From a virus (lineage: Duplodnaviria > Caudoviricetes), in the IMG/VR virus record IMGVR_UViG_3300037963_003539, positions 1 to 45,070 of that record: a stretch of DNA of 45,070 nucleotides. The stretch is one strand, 5' to 3'. The notes under the pieces are model-generated. The model was given only the letters and a program-made list of their open reading frames with translations, searched no databases and had not been told where the DNA came from. Both the position numbers and the translations under genes were made by a program. Shown here in pieces: positions 9,541 through 19,800 of the stretch. Position 1 is the first letter of the stretch. The number at the start of each line of letters is the position of its first letter.

Positions 9541-10503
9541 TTAAGAGTTAATTGAATACGTATTAAGGGCAGACTTATTAAGCAGAGCTCCTGAAGTGCT
9601 ACCCGCTATCAATTGTACATTAATTGATTCAGATACTGAAACACTATTTGCAATAGTACCTTGTCCAAAACTAACCGCATGGGCTTCTCCTACACTTGTA
9701 GAATCTGCTATGGTTGCAGGACTAAAGGCATGAGCAAAGCTTTCTGATATTGTAGGTGTATCAGAAAAAGGCTTGCTTACTGCAAAAGAATCTAAACTTT
9801 CTCCTATAGAAACTACATTATTCTTGTTTAATCCAGACTCTGTAGCTAAATCATCTTCGGCACTCGCGGTATCATCTAAGCTATATGCATCACTAAAGGC
9901 CCTCACAAAAGTACGCACACTAGCAAAAGACTCTGCTACTGACACAGTGTCAGCGGGATTTTTACCGAAGTCTGGAGTATAAGTTTCACTAATACTTGCA
10001 CTATCAGAAGCTGCTTTACTAAATGAACTCGCATACGATTCTGCGACGTTCGCCGAATCTGACGGATTTTTACCGAAGTTAGAAGCATAACTTTCTGCTA
10101 CACCAAGTGTATCCGAAAACGCACGTTCAAAAACTAACAGTGTTACAACAACATCACTAAAACTCACACTATCCGCTGCGGCTTTACCTGCGTCTAAAGC
10201 TGCTGCTTCTAATATTGAAGTAGTATCTGCAGTTACAGTTTTGGCAATAGCGTTGGCTAAAGACTCTGTAATAGTTACCGTTAAAGCCTTATCTTCTTGA
10301 TATCCGGGAGCAAAATATAAGTTTTTAGAATCTGCATCAAGAACTATATCTACAGCAGAAAGGTTAAGAAAATCTATACCATATTCTAGATTAACAAAAT
10401 TAACTAAAGATTTTAGGTTTTGAAATACCGTAACTGGCTCTAATGAGTCAGTATCTACAACAGCGCGTAGATTAGTATTTGATACTATTGCTCGAAGTGC
10501 CAT
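9541..10503 (-). CDS. Repeat-containing fibre/structural protein
   Basis: Many ~18-aa repeats of the type K..aD..S..ES.a. Confidence 0.7.
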   Translation of the reverse strand: MALRAIVSNTNLRAVVDTDSLEPVTVFQNLKSLVNFVNLEYGIDFLNLSAVDIVLDADSKNLYFAPGYQEDKALTVTITESLANAIAKTVTADTTSILEAAALDAGKAAADSVSFSDVVVTLLVFERAFSDTLGVAESYASNFGKNPSDSANVAESYASSFSKAASDSASISETYTPDFGKNPADTVSVAESFASVRTFVRAFSDAYSLDDTASAEDDLATESGLNKNNVVSIGESLDSFAVSKPFSDTPTISESFAHAFSPATIADSTSVGEAHAVSFGQGTIANSVSVSESINVQLIAGSTSGALLNKSALNTYSINS

Positions 10504-10877
10504 TAATCAAAGTCATCTCGCACTTGGAACTTAATTAAATCTTGTACAGTTTGGATCCCACCACCGCTTGTAGTGTGTTCTATTTCACCTTCAAAAGTAC
10601 CGGCGGCTGTCCATGTAGAGCTAGGAAAAGCTACCGTAACTTCTCCAGCTGAGGCACTTGTAATTGTACCGGTAATTGTTTTTAGTACAGTTGTAGTACC
10701 TACTTCACGAATCCTAAAACGTACAGTACTGCCAGACAAATTTACAGCAGCCCATGTGCTACTATCATCAGCATCCAACGTTTTGCCAGCAGCTGCAGTA
10801 TTACTGTCTTTTAAAGTAAAGTTCAACTCAGGTAGAGTATCACCTACTACTAATTTAATTGTTGATGAATAAGCCAT
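10503..10877 (-). CDS. BppU-N/DUF2479-like Ig-fold structural protein
   Basis: GDTLP.L.FTL.D...VNLSG.TVRF...GEV...AGTFEGEIE.T motif. Confidence 0.7.
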   Translation of the reverse strand: MAYSSTIKLVVGDTLPELNFTLKDSNTAAAGKTLDADDSSTWAAVNLSGSTVRFRIREVGTTTVLKTITGTITSASAGEVTVAFPSSTWTAAGTFEGEIEHTTSGGGIQTVQDLIKFQVRDDFD

Positions 10878-10894
10878 AATTTACCTCATTATAA

Positions 10895-13800
10895 TCAAAT
10901 AAGCGTCCCAAAAACAGGGATATTTTGTTTAACTTCTGCGTCGAATATCAAGTCTTCAATTCTCTCTGCAGTTGGTCCAAGAGCAGGTCCAAGGAAGAAA
11001 TCTCCATATTTTTGTGCTTCATACATAGGTATGAGCAATCCAAGGGGCCCTAGTACACCAGCTCTATCAATTAGTTCACCCATGTAGCTACTCCAATCTA
11101 ATCGGTTGGTTCTAAATTTAGAAGCGTCAAAACCACTTACAGTAAACTTAATAAGTTCTCTTAGCTCTAAACCAAGTGCAGTTAAAGGTAATAGCAACGC
11201 AGCTCCCATAATAGCTGGCATCATGGCAGAAGGTATACCCTCTACACCATAACGCTGTCGCATCGTTCTACCTATACCACCTACTATTACTTTTCCGTAA
11301 GCATAATAGAAAGATTTTAATTGCCAAATAGCAGCGAAGTACGGGTTGTTAGCCCAACCCGGTCTTTCTGCAGCGTTTGGACGTACAATTGATTCATCTA
11401 CAAACTTACCTAACGCACTTCTAACAGCTTGATGTTTTCGACCAATTGTTCCTGTTAATACAAAATCATCGGCTTGCGCTGCCTCTACTTGTTCAGGAGT
11501 AACTCCTAAAGCGTCAAGCTGTTCTGCGTATAACTTGTCGCCTTTTTTAGCGCCCTCTGCTGCTCTAACCATAAACTGCTTACCCATTTGTGCAGCAAAT
11601 ATTCTAGTAAATTGGGTGTAAGCCTCTAATCCAGTAAACCTAAAGAAGTAATCCGTACCTTTTTTAAACATAGGGTTCATGTAATTTTGTTCTGCTGCAT
11701 TGATGTAATACAAACTTAAAGAGTCCGCTGCAATCACACCTAGATCTAAAGCAAACTGTCTAGCTCTTTGTCTACCCTCTTTACCCCCAAAAGCATACTC
11801 TTTAGCAAAATTAATTCCATCAGAAAAACCTTTAAAATCACCACCGTGAATCATTGGCCCAGCTAAATCTGGGAACGAAGCTAGTGGAGCTAGAGTAAGT
11901 AAAGTTACAGCGTTAAAGAATAGTAAGAAACTGTTGGTGTTTCTAAAACCAGCTGACATATCTTGACCTGCTTTACCTAGTTGTCCTCTTACAATATGCC
12001 TTAATTTTGCCTCTAGTTTAGGGTCTACTGCTTCTACTTCTGCTAAATTTGCTTCTAACGCTTTCCAACCTGTAACTACTCCTGCATCTTTTTCTTTTTG
12101 GTTAATTGTTATACCTTTACTTGTTAATATGCTTTTGGCCGCTGGGCTAATAGATCTTACATTAACTACAAAAGACTCATTGTATTGAATTCTTTTTGCC
12201 ATACTATTTAAATACTCTCGCATACCCTCTGACGCATCTTTTAGTAAACCAGCCTCTCTTAAAACTGGACTTGGTATATTTTTAAAGTATCGTTGTCTTT
12301 TTCTGTTACCACCAACTGCAAGGTCGGTAAGATCCCCTTCGTCTTCATCTACCTCATCTAAAGTAGCTTCATCTTCACTTAACAGCCTTTTTACTACTTC
12401 TTTGAAATCTAGTTTAGGATTTTTTTCTACAGCTTCTCGGTTGTATTCATACAAAAGTTCTACTAGTTTTTCTTGTTTACTGGGGTCATTAATTAACTCA
12501 AATATTGCTAGCGCCCTTGGAAAGTATTTTTGATTAAAAGGAATGCCCAAAGGTTCAAGAAAAGCTTTGTGAAAATTTTTAAGGTATAACCTAACTCTAT
12601 GCGCCCTACCTTCCCTACTTGTTGGATTAGCTTTAGCTTTTTCTGCTAGCACATTAACTGGGTTTTTTTCAAAGTCTTCCGCTATTTTAAGAACTTCATT
12701 TATCTCTTCTTTTTCATTTGGTGAAAGATATTTAGTATTGCTTAAATCAAAAATATTTAAAAACTGAGTAAAGAAACTGTTATTTCTTCTTGCATGCGTA
12801 TTTAAATACGCTGGAGTAGAGCCTGCTTTTTCTTTAGAACGAGTGTACATTTGTTGACGTAACATACGTATAACTCTCGCAAGTTTTGGGTGTTTCTTTT
12901 CAAAGTCTTTCATTAAATTATCTGTAGGATAAAGAAGATAACGTAAGCCCCAAATCTCACGAGCTGATTTATTCTTGTAAGTACTTACTATTTTACTTAC
13001 TCCTTGTTTAGTAGCCTGCCCAAGGTTATTAAATATGGTAGCGGCTTCTATCGTACTTTTTCTAGCTTCATAATAAGCTTTTGCCGGTCGTGAAACTTTT
13101 TGTGGAGTTAGATTCTGTTTAAAGATATCTCTTACATTTTGCATGTACTGTTGAAACTCAGGAGGTACTTGTCCAAAACGTTTTTGTGCCTCTGCACCTA
13201 AACTTTTGTAGAACTCTTGTAGTTTTTTAATTATACGGTGAAAGAAACTTTGTACAGCATTTCTTGGTTTTGTACCTTGGATAAAGTTAAACATCTCAGC
13301 TGCAAATTTATCTGCATACCACTCTTCAAAACCGAACTCTGGGTCTTGATATTGAGATACTTCTCCTCTATCTTCTAGGTAAGCTGCATATAGTTTTTCA
13401 AAAATAGGGTTTTTGACTGGAACCAAAGTACCATCGGATTTTTGTATTACAAAGCTCTTGCCTTCGTCTCCTAAACCACCAATTACTTTTTCGCCTTTTT
13501 TAAACACTACTCCAAGTTCTTGCCATAAGAAGGCATGTCCAAACTCGTGCCCTAAATCTTTAAAACGTCTTTCTAAAAGTCTAAGCTGACTTGCATTAGC
13601 ATCTGTTTCACTTTGCAAAGGTGTTTTTTGAATGATAATTACATTAACATTTTCAAAACGTACGATTTTACCAGTAGAGTTTTCATCCTCTAGAAGTTCT
13701 CTTTGTTCTCTTTGGATTTTTTGATTTAATCTTCTATCTGCGTTTATATCATCTTCTATAGAATCTGGGTTACGGTATTTATTAGCATTTTCAGCTAGAG

Positions 13801-16800
13801 TAAAGTTATATGCAGTTTCAGCATCTATGACTATAGTTTTTTGGTTGTAACCTAAATTTTTTGTTACATACCTTGCCATTACATCAATTAAACTTAATCC
13901 GCTTGTTAAACCCTCTTCTCTAAAAAATGATTTAATTCTTTCTGAAGCTCTTACCGTATTAGCTCCTTTTGAAGGTATAAATTGTGCGGGACCTTTTTGC
14001 GCAAACTTAAATCTTTCTAAAGGTACTCTATTACCTTCCATATCTTTTACAGTGGTAGCAGATTCAAACCTTTTATTAACTACTTTAAAATTCCTTTTTG
14101 TAATATCATCTATTTGTTCAACCTCAGGAAGATGTCTAAAAGTTAAACTAATACGTTGTGATTCGGCAGGTCCAACCTCGTGTTTGTAATTGTATTGGAA
14201 ACGCCCTTCAGGCATAACATAAACGCTACCATTACTAGTATTTATTGTTTTAGAGTCTCCAAAGTTCTCTGTTATGGTAACTGCTGCATTCCCACCAAAA
14301 CTTATAGTCGCAATACCCCCTATATCTCCAGTATCTGTCCTAAAAATTGGTTCATCATCTCTATGTGCTGCAATTTTTGCACCTTTTTCATATTTGTTTA
14401 TAAGTACACTATTAAAATACTCAGGAGGATAACCAAACATCTCGGAAAGTTGAGATGCTAAGTCACGCATTTCTTTCGGCATAGCTAGAGCGGGGTGTGA
14501 AGTACCAGTATATGAATATGGAACCCTTCCAAACCAAAGAGCAGTTCTATTCCCCCTAAAGTTTTTAATATTGTTCTTATACTTCTCCATGAAAGCATTC
14601 ATTTTCTTAAGGCTGCTTGACTCAGTAAATACCTGATTTCTGGTATCAATACCATCAATGGTGTCATCAATAGCTATGGTGCCGGCTCTACGTTCTGCTA
14701 ATAATTTTTTAATTCCTATTTCAGGAGAAGGTTTTCTTCGTCGTTGTTTTATTTCTTTCGCTCTGTCAGCCATGGCCTGTTCTTCATCTACAGTTATAGT
14801 AAGGTCGTCTGTAGGTCTGCTATCAATTATGGATGACTCAATTTCTGTGATACCAGACATCCTGCCATAAATATCTAATACAGATGTACCAGGACTATCT
14901 TCGGCTAATTCAATCCCCTCTCCAAAAGCATCTTTACTTCCTAGCACTTCTGGATTTACACCAAACTCAAGCGCTAGGCTACTTAAACTTTCGTATGCTA
15001 CAGCTGAACCCCCTGGTATATTTAATCTTAAAATCCTGCCCGCTAACTGCTCAATGTCTGCTAAATTACTTAAATTTATTGAAAGGTTTTCAGTCTCCGT
15101 CTCTGCTCGTAATTTATCCATAAAGAGTGCACCAAGTTCGCTTACAGTTAGACTAGTCTCGAGTGACCCCGGTAGTACATATTCTTTAGCATTTATATCA
15201 TAGCTTATTGGTGGGTCTTTACGTATTGGTATCATAGTGCTGCTTGGAGCCTCTCCAAAGTTACCTGGTACAAGGTTACCTCGCTGGTCTCTCTGCCCTG
15301 TTCTCTGCCCTGGAACTGTATCTATAACCGACGTCAGGACTCTTTGGGGTGGGCCTACATCATCTCCTCCCACAGGTATATCTAGCGGACGCTGCAAAAA
15401 TCTTCGTGGAAACCCTACGTCTTTGAACGTTGTTCCACCAAAAAATATGTTTCGTTCCTGGTAAGGTCCTTCCACAAAACCTCGTTTTAGTAGTGGGTTA
15501 AAGTTTGCTTCTTTAAAATAATTATTAACATAGTTAAGAGTAATAGTTGGAACCCTAAACTGCGCTCCTTTTTGTATACCCGCTAAAAATTCTAAAATGA
15601 ATATTTTTTCTTGATTTTCTTTTGAAGGTACTATATCTCCTCTGCTAAATTGAAAAGCCTCAAACGGGTCTTCTTGGCCTTTTGAGAATCTTTTTGGTCT
15701 TAATATTTCTCGTAAAATTGGATTTGCCGGCATACCGGGAAGATCTTTAAATGCATATTGATCTTTATTTAATTTAGGTTGTATTAATTTTAATTCGCCA
15801 GGAATACCTTCACGAGTTAATAGTGATAACTCTATATCTGGGTTCATTGGTACAGCAGGAATGGTAGGTACTAAATTGCCATCAACATTTTGAGATTCAG
15901 TAGAGTTCTCTCCTACATTGATTGCTCTATTTGGTATCGATATACTATCTGCCTGTTTAATCCTACCAAGCAACCTTTTAATTGCTACAGCTATGTCTGT
16001 TTCTTCGGGTGGTGCGATCTGATTTAACTCTCTTAAAGTAGAATAAACAGCAGGTTCTCCTTGCTCTTGTCTAAACATATCAAACCAAATTGGTAGATTA
16101 CTTATGTCTTGTGCCGCAGCAGCGGGTCTTCTAGCAGCAACCGTTGTCTCAGCAGCTATTGCCTCAAGAGCAGCTTTAATTTCAGGGTCGTTTCTTAGAA
16201 CTCTTTCTATAACCCTTTCTTGAGTAGTATCAATTTCGTCTAGTTGCTTATCAAGACGTTTTACGGTTTCAACTCTTTTTGTTATATCTTGTATTCTTAA
16301 TGCAGCTTCTTTTTCCTCTTCTAAACGTGTTCTTATTTCCGCTTTTAGTTCTTGCCTTTTATCATTTATAAGCTTAGTTACTGCATCTAAATCAGTTTGT
16401 ATATTGGGTGGTTGTAATCCCGGAGTATCCTCTGTAGGAGTTGTTTGTGTTTGTGCAGTACCTGCAGCGGCTAACTGTTCTGGTGTTGCCGATGGGGGTG
16501 TTCTAGAAAAAATATCCTCTATTTGGTCGTCTGTTAATCTATCTGGGTCAAGACCTAAATCACTAACAATTTGTCTCTCTTGATCTATGGCTTGATAATT
16601 TCGTTCATATTCTAATGCTGCAAAACCACCGTCTTCGCCGGCATTTGGATTTGGAGCATCTTCTGCTATTAATCTTGATAAAAGCTCTTGCGCGGTTTCT
16701 TTGCCTGATGAGTCGAAAGGATTATAAGGTACGCCTTCGCCCCTGTACAATCCGCTTAGTGAATAACCCCTTCGATCAAATTCTTCTGCAAGAAGCTTCC

Positions 16801-19800
16801 AAAAATCATCGTCCAAAACTGCGTCTTTTTCCCTTTTCTGTCTTTGAAATTTTTGATTTTCTGTTTCGTATTTATTGTATTTATCTCCCTTTGCTATATA
16901 AGCTAGACTTGGTCTTCCTCTTTTGTCAAGAAGACCTAAAGACTCTCCTATTTCTCCTACTTCTAACTGAGCATAAGTGAAAGGTTTTATTTTTCTTAAA
17001 ACTTCTTTAGCAGTAGGTCCTAAATCTGGTTCTTCTGGGTATTGTAGGAGAGTGTTTAAAGGTTCAAAGTCTGGGTCAATCGTAATAGCCTCACCAGGAC
17101 GAGTTTGCGGCGTTTGTGTTGGTATTACTTCGATTGATTCTTCATTTAAAATAAAGTAATCATCTTTACCACCGTTCTTTGTAAATTTCTGAAAGGCCTC
17201 TCTATCTGTTCCCCATTTTTCTGCATTTTCATATTTAATATTAACTACATCATAACCTTCCTCTCTTGCTTTATTTAAAGTTGATTCCAGAAGTTCAGCT
17301 GCGAATTCCGCTGGAGAATAGTCTACTACTTTTTTATATGAGTCTAAAGTAAGGACTCGAGCACTATCTTTAATACCTGCTTCAACTCTTGCAAGATCTA
17401 TCCTTACCATAGCATCTTGTTCTCTTACCCATTTTTGAGCATCATAGTCATAGTAGACTGCTTCAATATTTCCTTTCCCTTCTCCGACATACACCGTAGT
17501 AGAAGACCACCTGTCTTCATCCGTAGTAAAATAAACAACATCCTCACCAATTTTATTTGTAGCATCAAAAGGTCTTCGAATATCGTTATCTCTCAACCCA
17601 TGCACTGGAGGTTTAGTAGTATCAAATCCTTCCTCGAGAATTTTTGCAACATTTTCTGGGAGAGTAAAATGTACTATCCTATTAGGGTCAGTTGGTGGTG
17701 TTGTTTCTTGCGTTTGTGTTTTAGCTAAGTCAGTGATGTCAATATAATCATTACCATCTGCAAATTTAGTACCATCTAGTTTTCTAAAAATAATGTGTTG
17801 ACGTACTCCATTTACTTCAAAGCCTTGTAATACGTCTGTTAGCATTGAGTTAAAACCAATAACAAGTGAAGTACCATAGTCTTCAACATTATCTGGGTCT
17901 TGTTCTAAGTATAAACTTCTACCAGCTTTTAATAGTTCATTCATAGCAATGTATCTATTACCTTTAGGTAAAGTTGGCTTGTCTAAACTCATTTCTGCCT
18001 CAGTAAGATTTCTTAGTTGGCCCGTACCTGCAGGCACAATTTCCCACCTAAATCCTTGCTGCCCCTTTGGACTTCCAGTAGGGAATCTTTTATTTTTCTT
18101 AGCTGTGGTTGATCTACCTACATTCGCGTATTTATCAGCGTTGTTAAAACCTCGAATAACTATGTTTAAAGCATTTTCTTGGTCAAATGCACGACTTTCT
18201 GGAGTAGGTTCAACTATTATTCTGTTTTCTACTTGTCCGTCTTCTGCTGTCTGTTGGGTTATATCAAAGTTTTTATCTGGATTTTGTTTTACAAGCCCTA
18301 AAAAGAACGTAGCGAAAGTTTGGTTAATACTATTAGCAATAGCTTGTTTTGCAGGAGTAAGTGGGGCTTTTGCTATATTATCTTTTCCTCCTTCAAGATA
18401 ATCAATAACCTGTTGCTGAGCCCTTTTAATATTGTCTATACTCTCTTGTGTATATGGTTTAACTAGCTGTTTAGTTTTAAATTTTTGCCTAAGCGGATCG
18501 TCTAAAGGTATTAAAGCGCCTAAAGGAATTGGTTTTAAAGAACCAACAGGTTGTGGTTTACTTTTTATTCCTCTTTCTGCATCTGTAGTTTTAGGTCCAC
18601 TTGTACTAGCTAAACGCACTGTGCCTTTTTCATTAGGTCTGCCTTCTACTTCTATAAAACCCCTATCGCTTTCTCTTACTTTGTCAGTTTGTGCAGATTG
18701 TTGTTGAGTCTCATAATCAAGTCCTTCTGCTTGCGTTGTGTCAGGACTATCAGCCTCACGCCCTTCTGCTTGAGCTTGCGCTGTCTCAAAATCATCAGTG
18801 TCAGTATCATCTATGGTACTTTTACGTACTTCTGGTTCTTCCTCTTCCTCTTTCTCATTTACTTTTTCAATAGTAGCTGCAGCCACTCTTTCCTCCATGG
18901 CTGTCTCTGGATCTCTTATTCTTATAAAATATTTCTCGTCAGATCTAGGTTTTGCTTTACTCTCAGTATTAAAAATCTCGTCATAATTTCTAAGACCTCT
19001 GCCTTTAAGTCTAAATAATAAGTTTGCCGCTTCTACAGCTTTTGCTCGTTTAGCTGGAGTAGAGTCCATAGTCTGTTGCCAAACTACTTCTCCTTTTCTA
19101 TTTACAACTTCTAAAAGTAAGTCGTGGTTTTGGTTTCTTGCTTCAGAATAACCTAAAACAGAAGCTAGAGTTTTTTCAAACCGATCATAATTTCTACCAG
19201 TTGCCGCTCCTTTAAATTTAGCTATTCTATTTACTTTTGAAGGCTCACTACTATAAAAAGTACCTTGGCCTGGTAGTACTACACTTTGTAATTTTGAGTC
19301 TGTTACTTTTTGACTAAAAGTTTTAGGTATAACTGGTTGCTCTAGGGAAAATTCTTGTTGCCCTGTTTCTTCTTCCGTAGGTTTTTTAGTAGTTGCATTT
19401 CTTCTTTTTTGGTATGCAATTGCATTTAAATCTCTTTGGATGATAGCTAGTGCCTGTGCTTTATTTAAATCTTTCGTACTAGTTTTAAGCTCTATTTGCT
19501 TTTTCTTTAAACGTGTTTCAAGCTCTTTCAATAGAGCGGGACTCATCTGGCCTACCGCCTCTCCTCTGTTAAAAATATATTGAAGGGCATACTCTGGGCT
19601 ATTTACGTTTTCAAGCATAGCGCTAGGCCCTTCCCCCATAATAACTTCTTTACCACTCTCATCTATTACTTTTACATTTCCAGTCTGTGGTGACACAGCA
19701 GTAACGGTAGCTTTGTAAGGTTTACCAGTTGCATCAAATACATCTATTTGATCTCCAGCTTTTACGTTAGGGGGTATTTCAAATTTAGCAGGTTGTTGAT

